Below the pieces are notes generated by a model. That model made no database searches. It saw only the letters and a program-made list of their open reading frames with translations, and was not told the DNA's origin. This document shows positions 35,415 through 45,833 of a DNA stretch of 45,833 bases, piece by piece. How positions within the stretch are numbered: position 1 is the first letter of the stretch; each line of letters begins with the position of its first letter. The stretch comes from Dimorphilus gyrociliatus (Eukaryota > Animalia > Annelida), in NCBI GenBank assembly GCA_904063045.1, contig CAJFCJ010000066.1:16450-62282 (forward strand). Direction: 5' to 3'. A program made the position numbers and the translations under genes.

Positions 35415-36327
35415 TTCCGCCATCTTGGATTGGTAATCTAATTCTTTTGATTGAAAAAATAATGTTACAATGAGATATATTAAAGTTTTTAAATTCAAGT
35501 GCAAAATGTTATATATAAGGAAAAAACAACGCATTCTATTAGAATGGGGCCAACAGGAAATGTCCCCTAGAGAGATATTGAAAAATGATTTGGAGGAGTT
35601 CTTCACGCCATTCACTTCAATGCCGGCTTCTTCCGATTCTCTTCTCCTTCGTGGAGAGATAGATTTACAGAAATGAAATAAGTTCCATTCATTGGAGCGA
35701 CACAGGCTTGATGAACTTTCACTACTCATAACGGATAATGCTGACTTGGCCAGTCCGTTGAAAGCTGAACTCTGACCTATAGAGTAATAGACCCCCGCTG
35801 AGCAAAACATTCAATTTGTTTCTATGATTTTGTTTAACTTAAGGCCTATTTAGCGAAGTAAATAAATGAAGACTGCGCTTGTTAGTTGATTCTTTTCCAT
35901 CAAGACGATTGTATGTTGTAATTCCAAAATTTCTACCAGTTTTCTCTAGAATAACGCTCTAAAAGTTTTAGATACAGTCGTTGTCACTCAGCCTTATTTA
36001 TTTGAAGACAATTATCGGACGTATTAAATAAATTCCAACGATTAATGTCAACATTTGTTCATTTGACCTAAATTTGAAAAATGGAAAACTGATCTTTAAA
36101 TCTCTATTGCAATATGAATGAAATCTTTCATTTTATTCATTCATTTCCAAAGGTTTCGGTGAAATTTATAACATTTTTTCAAAGGTTACTATGCATTTCT
36201 TAACAGTTTTTTCTTTAATTATGCAATACATAACGGCTTTAGATTTGTATGTAGTGTGTTTTCCTTTTTTTTCCCATTTCCAGTTTGCTATATTGTTGGT
36301 TATCTTGGTGTTTTCTAATCGAAAAAT

Positions 36328-37674
36328 ATGATTACAAATATTGTGACGTCACTATTTATCTTAACTTTAATTGATTGGTCAAGTGGATTTAATTTGAAAA
36401 CTGTTAACATTGCTTTTGAACAATTTACTAAACAATCAACAACATTTGAACAACATATTAGTAATTTTACTGTGAATGGAATTTTTGATCCTCGATTCAA
36501 ACCAAATGTTTGTAGTCAGACAACTACTGAACAAAATCCATGGTTAATTGTTCAATTTGAAAAAGCTTATATTATTCAAGCAATGCGTTTATTGAACAGA
36601 AATAATAATCATCATGAAAAATTAAATAATTTATCTATAAAAACAAAATTATCAAGAGATATTTCAATAACAAATTTTGAGTCATTTCAACTTTTTAACT
36701 TTATTGAGAAGTTTTTAGTTTCATCTGGTTCAAAATCTTTTAAATGTAAAACAAAACCTCATTATGCAACAACTGTTCTGTTTTATATCAATACTTTAAA
36801 TCCATTAACTTTATGTCAAATTGAAATGTGGAATTTGAAAAATTTAGCTAAACATAAAGTAGCTACTTCTAGTAGTTTTATTGGTAATGGATATCCTCGA
36901 AATGGTGTTGATGATCTGGTATGTGCTATATTTAATGTTGATGGTATTGCTTGTACACATACATCTCTAGAGAATCTTCCATGGTGGAAAGTCGATTTAG
37001 CCAATGAAACTATTGTTTATGCAATTTCAATGATTGGAGATCTTGAACGTCCCGGTAGATCAATGAATGCCTATATAAGTGTTACAGAAAATTCTACTAT
37101 TCCAGTATTAAATATGCCTATATTGTGTGCAAGTTTTAACGATATTTTACCTAATTATTCAACAGTAAGATGTCCAAAATTGACAATTGGACGTTATGTA
37201 TCAATCATCCTCAACGCAAATACAGTCCTCACTGTATGTGAAGTTGATGTTTTTGGTGCAAATACTAATGATATTATCATGATTTATTCAATTTTTGTAA
37301 ATGGTACTGACTACCATCATCTTAATACTCGATTTGTAAAGGATTGTAATGGACATATAAAAGCTACTACAAATATATTAAAAGAGAACATCAATCATTT
37401 TAGGATTGAAATCAAAGGTGTTGGAATTGAAAATATATGCCAAAAATATAATATTATGCCAGTGACAACTTTCCAAATTGGAGATAGAAAATATGACGAA
37501 TTTTGTAAACTAACCAATGTAAACAATGGTTATTTTATAGAAAGAGATATGTATGATAAATGTTCATATTCATGCACTTGTAAAAGTCATCTTTGTCATT
37601 CTATCTCTCTGTATGATATCTCAAAATTCGAATCACTTGTCAAAGAAATATTTGTGTTTCTATACCCTAACTAA
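36328..37674 (+). CDS. Secreted tandem F-type lectin (FTP/fucolectin-domain) protein with Cys-rich C-terminal domain, intronless, 448 aa
   Basis: Signal peptide; two repeats NIA..QST..A..G..CSQT..NPWLIVQF..L.LCQIEM and NLA..SS..GVDD..CTHT..PWWKVDL..LTVCEVDVFG. Confidence 0.9.
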   Translation: MITNIVTSLFILTLIDWSSGFNLKTVNIAFEQFTKQSTTFEQHISNFTVNGIFDPRFKPNVCSQTTTEQNPWLIVQFEKAYIIQAMRLLNRNNNHHEKLNNLSIKTKLSRDISITNFESFQLFNFIEKFLVSSGSKSFKCKTKPHYATTVLFYINTLNPLTLCQIEMWNLKNLAKHKVATSSSFIGNGYPRNGVDDLVCAIFNVDGIACTHTSLENLPWWKVDLANETIVYAISMIGDLERPGRSMNAYISVTENSTIPVLNMPILCASFNDILPNYSTVRCPKLTIGRYVSIILNANTVLTVCEVDVFGANTNDIIMIYSIFVNGTDYHHLNTRFVKDCNGHIKATTNILKENINHFRIEIKGVGIENICQKYNIMPVTTFQIGDRKYDEFCKLTNVNNGYFIERDMYDKCSYSCTCKSHLCHSISLYDISKFESLVKEIFVFLYPN

Positions 37675-38124
37675 TACTTTTTTCCCAATAAAAATAAGTC
37701 ATCTTTGTCATTCTTTGTCACTGTTGTAAACAAATCACAGGGAAAACGGCATCTATTATGTCACTTGAGAAGACAATATGAAGATACAATTCACAATTCT
37801 TTAATATTCTTAAATGTATAACTTAACATATAAAAACAAATTTGAAATATTGATTGACTAAACAAGTCTGTTCATGTTGATATTTTCTTAGTATAAAACA
37901 ATGAATAAATAATTTGACTGATACATCAACTATAGAGATAAAATATTTGTAGTTTTTATAATTAACAAACACTACAAACGAAAGAACTCTTTGCGTTGAA
38001 TTTGGAATGAATTCCATTAATTAATCAAATCATATTAGATATTGAGAGGATTTAGTCAGTCTATGGATTATCTATAATGAAAATATTTGTTAATATTTTT
38101 ATAGAAGACAGTTATAATGGTTAC

Positions 38125-38495
38125 CTGAAGTTTCCTACAAACAGGTTGAGTACAGTGAAAGACCCATCCTTTAACTGTAACCTTAGGATAAACAGATGAC
38201 AAGGCTCTCCAAATACCTCTTTCCAAATCCACAACAAATTTCATTGGTATATGTTGATTGGTCAGCTTTATTGACTGTTTTAAAATTTTTAATATTTTTA
38301 TAATTTCAAATTGAAAAGCATTGATACCTTAAATAGTTTCTTATAAGCTGTCTTTTTCTTGGAAGCCATTAATGCAAACAGTAGGGGAACTTGTGTCATT
38401 CCTTGATGTTTTTTAGTGAATTCATGAACTGTGAACAATTGGTAAAATGGATCTCTGACACATTTGAATATACCATGAATAATACCATAATTATA
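38125..38495 (-). mobile_element. Mutator-like transposase remnant with a 53-nt in-frame intron (38275-38327)
   Basis: IHGIFKCVRDPFYQLFTVH..QVPLLFALMASKKKTAYKKLFK / SIKLTNQHIPMKFVVDLERGIWRALSSVYPKVTVKGWVFHCTQ. Confidence 0.88.
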
Positions 38496-38685
38496 TCCAC
38501 AAATGAGAAATTTTAGGACAAAAATTTGGATTGAGAAATGGTTAGGCAAAAGATAACAGCAACTGATTTGTACTTAGGAGGGTCTCTTCTAAGGGTTAGG
38601 GGTAATGGAAAAGGTTAGGTACAGCCAAGGGCTGGGTTAGGGTTAGGATTAAAGCACTGATTTGTGGACGTTTTCTGTCGCATCC
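38496..38685. mobile_element. Diverged copy of the GGATGCGAC MITE, left terminus truncated
   Basis: Colinear with 27540-27729. Confidence 0.88.
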
Positions 38686-39057
38686 AATGACAAGGATGAC
38701 ATTTGTACAATCTCTATACTTTATCTTTAAAAAATTCACCACTCTAATTGATGTTCCTGTGAAGATTTACATGGACACAAAGATATTTACATTCAATATC
38801 CGAATTGTTGTGAGTATGGGTAAAATATCTTCATCACTTAATTTGTATGCAATATTTCGTGTTTTAGAAGTATTCACCATCACAGATATTTGTCAATATG
38901 GTCTGTGATACTGAGTATAACTGGATTTATATTGTGTAAAGAATTATTCTGATCCTGGGGCTCACTTGGTAATTCATGCAACAATCTTCTTTCCTCTAAA
39001 TCCAACCATGCCAACTGTATCGTAAAGATAGATCTTTGACTGAAGTATTTAATATGT

Positions 39058-39395
39058 TTAGCCATCCAATGAAAAATCAAGATTCAAATTGTCAAGATCT
39101 GATTTTATGACAACATATCCCCTAATTGAATTTCTGCAATATGGGCATTTTGATTTTTCAAGGCTCGTTAGACATACCCTGCAACATATTACGTGATTGC
39201 AAGGAAGTAGTAGAATGTTTGCAATATGACTAAAACACAGTTTGCATTTTAGAATGTCATTAATATGATGATATTTTTTTGCTTCTTCATTCAATAATGA
39301 TTGTGAATCATTTTTGAAGTCTGACTAAAAAAGTGATTAGATTTAAGCAAAGTTATTTAAATTCAAATTCTTACTTGGCTTGATTGTTTCGACAT
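39058..39395 (-). CDS. Small IAP/MYLIP-type C3HC4 RING protein, 95 aa (exons 39395-39375, 39324-39058)
   Basis: MSKQSSQ exon, 50-nt GT-AG intron, then CKLC..LLLPCNHVICCRVC..KCPYCR. Confidence 0.7.
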
Positions 39396-40049
39396 TGCGT
39401 GTTTAATTAAATCAAGTACACAGTTCGCTTTATGAAATTGCAATGGTTATTCATTTTTGAGGTTTTACACATATTTGACAGTGGTTATAAACTCAAAATT
39501 TTTAGCCTACATTTCAAAGCAATTACAGTGCTTTCACTGCAGGAATACCCCAATAATCACAATAGGCCTCCTTTCATTTTATTTTTTTATACACAGAATA
39601 CCAAATGTTTGCTTAAGAATTTAAAATGAACCTTTGTGAAGTGGTACAATTGATAAATATTAAAATTTCCATTTGAAACGGTACCCTTGAAATTCTAGAC
39701 ATTTTATTTATTAATACTAAAGAAAATGGGGGCCGACAGAAAATGATTTAAAGAACATTTAATGATAAAAGATAAAAATATGAAACAAGTGAAATAAAAA
39801 CATTTAAAAAAAGAATATTATGGAGCATAAATACATGATGTTTGAACTAATAATTTCATCAGAAAAAAGCCCTCCAAGTCTACAATTTTCCCATATTTCA
39901 AATATTTTTTTCTCTATTTTGGTATACTGCTTTTTCTAGTACTTGATAATCATCTTCTTAGACATAAGCTTTTCATAGATAATAACTAAATATGCTTCTC
40001 TCTTCAGTTCATCAACAAACCAATAGAATGATCCTTTAGATGGTACTTT

Positions 40050-40330
40050 ATTATTCATTCTATTGTGTCATCCCCCCACATTGTTATTAGTCCTTATGGA
40101 CAGACCATATATAGACCAATTCTTTGGTTTCCATATGGAGTTCATAATCCTAGTAGACTTAAAATATTCCAACAAATCTGCAAATTTTTCTTTTTCTGTC
40201 AGGTGACATATTAATCTGTAAAATGATGGAGCAATGATATTAGCAGGTAGAAAAGGTAAGGCCATCAGCTTTCTCATGTCTCTCCAGTCCTCTCCTTCCT
40301 CCATATACTTTCCAGAGTAGCCAAGAGACT
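40050..40330 (-). mobile_element. Mutator-like transposase C-terminal remnant
   Basis: RKLMALPFLP..LLEYF..WSIYGLSIRTNNNVGG*H. Confidence 0.85.
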
Positions 40331-40688
40331 TGAAAGAACATTCATTGTAAAGAAAAATAATTCAAAATGGCTGAAAAATATTTTTCAAATAAATTGGATT
40401 TTTTAACAAAAATAAATAACATGTAATCAAAATATTAAGACAACCTTAATCTAGATTTTATTACACATATGAAATGACCTCTTTTAAATCTTCTATGATA
40501 ATCTTTGCCCAAATATAATTATCAAAAAAAGCTTGACTTTCAAAGAAAATTCTTTGCAAAGTGAAAGTTAACTTCAGTTTCTTCATTTTTAAAATGGCTG
40601 TCATTTCATATTTCAACATTGCCTTTGTTTCTGTAGGTTTCATTATTATACTTCAAAATAATAAAATTAAAAAAAGCTATGTTTCTAT

Positions 40689-40763
40689 GGGTATGGTTTC
40701 ACTCAGTATGGGTACAGTTTCACTTGGGTTTGGTTTCACCTGGGTACAGTTTTACCTGCTCCC
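40689..40763 (-). mobile_element. Mutator-like terminus with four GGGTA(C/T)(A/G)GTTTCAC-type subterminal repeats
   Basis: Repeats at 40689, 40710, 40726 and 40742 ending in CCTGCTCCC; same end as 35-73. Confidence 0.6.
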
Positions 40764-41654
40764 TCTTGACCTTGACATTATCATTGTTTTCATTGTAAAG
40801 CCATTCAACTGCGTAATAATTCACTCTTTTTTCTTATATTTCTATTTGAATAAAAGATGGTTATATATTATATATATGGTTATGAGAAAGAATATGTAGT
40901 GAGTAAGTCAGTCCCAATCTAACAATACAGTTAAGACAAAAATAATTTGCCTACAATTGCAAAACAACAAATTACAAATATATTGACATTTTCTGTTGAT
41001 TCATTGATGTTTTCCTCCATGTATGTTTTCTGTTGACCCTGATTGCTGATGTTAAATCTATTCAAGCTTTACTGAGAATTAATATACAAAGGGTGAAAAA
41101 TACATTATCTTTTTAGGCTTAAAGCTGAGTGGCTCAAAAACAATTTAAATCAAGGCAGGTTTATTTAATTTAACAGCAGGAGAAAATGTCCAGAGTAGTA
41201 GAGAATAAGCTATCCTGCAATCTAAAAATGAAAATGTACCTGTCAACAATGCATGTGGCAAATCATTGACTTTATAAGAATTACTGTTGGTTGTTCCTCT
41301 TCATTAGTTTTCTGTTGAGAGGAGCTACAACTTTATTTCATTAACTTTGCGTTTTCTTGAGAGTTATCTTCAGTCTCACTAGTGGTTGGAGTTTTGTTTC
41401 TCTGTGTTGTCTGCCTACCAATACAGTAGGAAATTTTGATACAGACTGTTGATACCATGACATTCAAACAAATGTTTTCCCAGATTGATAGTGCCAATTA
41501 TAAAAAATTGTTTAATTCCAGGTATATTGGGTACCATGCTACTTTCTCTGCAATAGTTACCATGTTATCACATCTGGCTTGGTTCTGTTCTATTGAATTG
41601 ATGGCCAGTTTCATCTTTGAGTGTTCGTGAGCAATAACTTTCTTTATGTCATTG

Positions 41655-41825
41655 TGCACTTAGATATAATGAAATATCAATACTTAGACTTTAGATATAA
41701 GGGTACATTAGAAAGACTTCTATTTCAAAGGAATTCGAATGGTGCAACTTTAGAAAGACTTTTATTTCGTAGAGTTAGCTTTTGTACTTTAGAAAGAACT
41801 ATTTTGTAAGAAATAGACTCTTTTA
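41655..41825 (+). repeat. Copy of the ACTTTAGAAAGA repeat family with three tandem subunits
   Basis: Translates to TLERLLFQRN / TLERLLFRRV / TLERTIL; homologous to 2250-2370. Confidence 0.6.
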
Positions 41826-42829
41826 CTTTTCTCACTATATGCTACTGGTCTTATCCAATTTACTCCTTGTAGCATTTCTTGTTCCTAAACAGCTACATTA
41901 ACCCTAGGGCTAGCAAGTTTACAGTCTGTGTGCAACGAGGGGATTGCCAGTCTATTCTGATTGTGCTCATTTCTAACCGCCATGACCTAGCCCTATTACA
42001 AACAGAGGGAGCCACTCACTGAATATCCGAAAAAGCTAAGCTTGCCAAAATTTTCCCACTTATTCTCCTAATGAAGATGGGTCGAAATGTAGTAACTTAT
42101 ATTTAATTGAGTTTTTTCAGTGATAAACTATTTTTAAATTGTCTCCTCTCTCTCTCTACCTTTTCTAATGGATTCTAAAAGTACAACTAGATTGTCAAAA
42201 AAATGATATGGCCTATAATGAGAAATGCTACACATTTCTTTTTATCATCAATTAAAGACCAAATACCATACAATGATCATTTAGAACCAAGAGAACAATG
42301 CAAAGCCTACAATATGACACTAATGGAAATTAATAGTTTTGATGGGACACTTTTCCATTCTTCTTTCTTTCTTTCAGACTGTTTTTAGTCATAGCTCAAA
42401 ATGTTTTGTGCTCTTTGAGACAGATGAAGACAACATAAAAAATGATATCCAGCAGACAACTGAGAGTATGCGCATAGAATTAGGCTAGGGTTAAGAGGAA
42501 ACTCCATGACAAGCTATCTGAAGTAAAGTTGTTTCTTTACTCTTAGCATCATCTCCAACTTTAAAGGAAACACTTCAACTATTTGTAGGTATGTCACTAT
42601 GTATGTCAGAGCATTTCAAATAAATTTTATAGTTGTTCTATTGTATATAACAAAACACTAAAATCAAACTGAAAATTTTGCTTATTGTACAAAATTGGTA
42701 TTTAGTGACCTCTATTGTCTAAAATCAGAAAATTTTGCAACCTTGAATTCATTGATTTAATATGAATATCTTATGCTGGTATACATATTAAATGTGAAGT
42801 TAGTATATATTCAAATGAATAGAATTTGA

Positions 42830-43917
42830 TCGTACCGCAATCCTTTTCATCTGATCCATCAGAACAATTCATTATAAAATTACAAACAAATTTATAATTA
42901 ATTGTTTGATTTGTTGTTAAACATTGAAATCTCTTTTCTCAACAATCATTTTCATCTTCTCCCAATTGACAATCAAATATTCCATCGCATCTATAAATTA
43001 TATTTATGCATATATTATTTGTTTTACATTGGAAATAGTTTTGTCGGCAAACATCAAAGGATTTTGGCTATTTAATTAACAGATGAGTTCCATCTGTTGC
43101 AAACATAAACAAAATAACAAATGTTAATTTTTTTTGCTTTTTTTCAGTTAAAACAAACTTTCCAGTTGGTGACAAACTGTCATAAAGATGTTTGTACTGA
43201 GTTCCATTGGTTTTATATGTAAACTATACATGTCATACTTTGTTGTTGCGTAACTTTCATATAAACTGAAACATATCATTGTTTTAAATAGTAACCATAG
43301 TCACGTGATCATAAGTATTAACTTTTCAGTGTTAATAGTGTATAGCATAGAGCCAGGTTTGACTAGAAAATTTTCATTAATTTTATAGAATTCGTGTCTC
43401 TTGTTGAAAAATCCAGCATTCAATTCTTTGTAATATTTTGGGCAAATATCATTAAATTTCAATTCTCTATCATCAACTAATCCATGAGCATTAATTAAAT
43501 CAGCTGAGTAGTTACTTGATGTTACAATAGAATCCTTATTATTCTTTCTAATAGTCTTAAATTCTAAAAATAACTCAATTGCACATGAAATAAACTCTGG
43601 AATTTAGTCAAACCAAATGTTAAATTCAAAAATGTTGTTTCCTGTAATTTTCTTCTTGAATAGTGTCTTTGTGTTTCATAAATGAATTTTACAAGATTAA
43701 TCTTATTAATTGTTGGTAGATCGGTCAAGGTCAAATTTTTTCTCTCACAACTTCTTAAAGAAGATTTTCCATATTGAGACGTGCTATGAAAATATATATA
43801 ATAGCAAACATGTTCAAAATGTAAGAAAGCATTTCCGGTATAGGTAATAGCTATGAAAAAAGAAACAATTGAAGATATATACAGTATACAGTAATCCGCA
43901 TAAAAATTGGAACACAC
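42830..43917 (-). pseudogene. C-type lectin plus LDLa receptor fragment, paralog of the 29119-35282 gene
   Basis: FEHVCYYIYF..RSCERKNLTLTDLPT; FQCKTNNICINIIYRCDGIFDCQLGEDENDC*EKRFQC..VCNFIMNCSDGSDEKDC; TGA at 42939-42941. Confidence 0.75.
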
Positions 43918-44019
43918 TAAATTTTGTTAGTCCAAATTTAAAATAACAGTCAAAAATGTTTTTTCCCACGAAAATAGTTTTTTGTGTCTGAATGATATAG
44001 AAAAAGAGTAATATTTATG

Positions 44020-44600
44020 TACAGGAATTAGAAGTAGATGTAAGCATAACAACAATTCAGAGGGAGCTAAAAAGACAAAATTTTAAGTATAAATAAGTGA
44101 GACAAAGACCTGACCTCACATCCAACAATTACAAAGGAAGAAACATGTATTGCCTTAAAATGATCAGTGGTTAATCTAGACTGGTTTAAAGTAATTTTCA
44201 CCAATGAGGCTAACTAAGTGGCCTTGATAACTTCAGGACATTGACAAATCATAATTAAAGGACTTTAGGGTGACAAAAAATATGGGCAGAGGTGGAGTAA
44301 TGCTTGGGGGATTCATAACATCTGATGGAATATTTGAGATATAAAGAAAAAAACTGAATGCTGACAATTATAGCAGTTTTATTGTGGAAGATGTTCTGCC
44401 TGTAATAGAAGATATATCAGCTAAATTGGGGAGGCAGTGCATTCTCCAGCAAGACAATGCTGAGAGCCATACTGCTAGGACAACTAAAAGAGCCTTTCAG
44501 ATGAATTACATCCAGCCTCTTGATTGGCAAGCAAAGAGCCCTGACCTCAGCCCAATCGAGAATATGTGGCATCTCACCAAAAAACTTGAAAAAAAGCTGA
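44020..44600 (+). mobile_element. Tc1/Tc3-like DD34E transposase remnant
   Basis: GGVMLGGFITSDG; LQQDNAESH..SPDLSPIENMW with 34 residues between D and E. Confidence 0.9.
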
Positions 44601-44899
44601 ATATTCAAATTTTCATTTCAAAACATGTTAATTAATAGTAGAAAGATTCTATTTCATTAAAATCATTTGTTAAACGATTTTCCGTGCAAATCAAATATGC
44701 ATTTTCTACTTTTCTTTACAACTGTAATTGGTTTTTTTTTTTACAATATCGTATAAAGAAAATTGATATAAAGAAGAGTAATTAGCATCTGCCAATCACC
44801 AACTATCCTCACAACACTCACATAACACATTTACACCATTATCAAACCCACCGCCCCACAATACAAAATGTCATTTTGATAGCGATAGTCAGTTACAGT

Positions 44900-45135
44900 A
44901 CCGCTTCGCCGATTTGGCTAAAATTTTTTGCATAGTGGTTCATTTCAATTAGATCTGACCCTGTGTGAAATTTCATCAAGATCGGAGCAAGTTGAAATTT
45001 CAACTTTCGTCAATGGTAGAATTTCTTTACTGACCACCAAGTAGGTGATTTGTAGCGAATATACAGAGTGGGATTAAACTAGTATCTATCCTTTGATAGA
45101 GTAAGCTTTTCAGAGATCAGTCTGGTGGCAATCAA
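44900..45135 (+). repeat. Non-autonomous repeat (homologous to 10025-10195; tail similar to about 12300-12325 minus)
   Basis: Shared motifs including ATCAGTCTGGTGGC(A/G)ATC. Confidence 0.5.
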
Positions 45136-45303
45136 ACCAGCCACTTTTTCTCTCACTTGAAAAAAGAGCAGTTCCTCCAAAAAATATTGTGACATTTTAT
45201 TTGGAAAAGTTGTAAAACTACTGCAATACAGGTTCTCTTCGCCTTGTTTTTTGAAGATACAGTGAAAGCTTAGGCTAGGAACTGCTACTTAAGATAGTAT
45301 TTC

Positions 45304-45833
45304 CTATAAAGCTACAACACATTTTTGTTTTAAATAACCCCACAAACTATCTATGAGGTTGAGGTCTGGTGAATATGGAGACCAATCTAGCACTTGGATT
45401 CTGTTCTCCTCCAGTGTATCAATTGTTATCCTGGCAGTGTATGAAGGTGCACTATCCTGCTGCCAGATAAAGTCTTCACCAAATTTTTCCCTCAACATTG
45501 GAAAAATTGTCCCCTGAATGAAGTCAGAGTAAATTTCTTCAGTGATGTTAGAGGGAAGTCTTTGAATGAAAACTTCACCATCTGAGGATATACACCCCCA
45601 CAACATCACTCCTCCTCCACCAACAGGAATCTTATCCTTTAGAGTCGTGGCCTATCATCTAGTTGCCAAGTTAGTAGGTGGTCTGGACCATCTAGGGCAA
45701 ACCTAGACTCATTAGTAAAGATCACTCCACTGAAATTAATCTGTTGTTGGATCCCGCCACCTACCAAAACCATTCAAGTATCTTTAGCTCTAGTTGGCAA
45801 AGGGCAAATTTTTGGGAGAGTTAGATATCTTGC
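45304..45833 (-). mobile_element. Tc3-like transposase remnant, running off the window end
   Basis: VIFTNESRFALDGPD; GGGVMLWGCIS; WQQDSAPSY..SPDLNLID. Confidence 0.9.

Noticed and set aside
35406-35430. CCGCCATCTTGG (YY1-like motif) upstream of the receptor ATG
   Set aside because: Single short motif with no transcription-start evidence
40689-40755. Short direct repeats with unique spacers, superficially CRISPR-like
   Set aside because: Repeats are 14 bp with 2-7 bp spacers, no cas genes, eukaryotic context; they fit transposon subterminal repeats
41490-41600. GYHAT motif suggesting an ADP-ribosyltransferase
   Set aside because: No following Y/S-x-S or catalytic Glu motif; adjoins the degenerate repeat family
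42203-42388. Possible C-type lectin fragment (REQCKAYNMTLMEINS)
   Set aside because: Too short and isolated to support a call

Overview
AT-rich eukaryotic (animal) genomic DNA with short GT-AG introns (about 50-75 nt) and one 911-nt assembly gap (13995-14905). Intron size and gene families suggest a compact-genome lophotrochozoan such as the annelid Dimorphilus; this is inference, not a database match. Two large inverted duplications dominate. (1) A convergent pair of theta/delta-type GST genes, whose substitutions cluster in the predicted substrate-binding helix, encloses about 8 kb of mostly disabled genes. (2) An 8.9-kb palindrome (18638-27573) carries two head-to-head 8-exon genes for a predicted GPI-anchored 3-Ig-domain protein. 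Its outer 2.0 kb, coding Ig domains 2-3 and the anchor, appear identical; the signal peptide and a cysteine-less N-terminal domain differ. The homogenised tract ends in a truncated MITE, next to an 11-bp hairpin and a 60-bp direct duplication. The rest is a recognition-gene neighbourhood under turnover: a NACHT/NLR pseudogene, an RI-like LRR gene with one nonsense codon, a disabled SRCR/CTL-LDLa-LRR-7TM receptor and a paralogous fragment, a tandem F-type lectin gene, an orphan GPCR, an orphan secreted protein, a mini-RING gene, and Mutator, Tc1/Tc3 and MITE remnants. All gene models were built by hand and coordinates may be off by a few bases where marked approximate.
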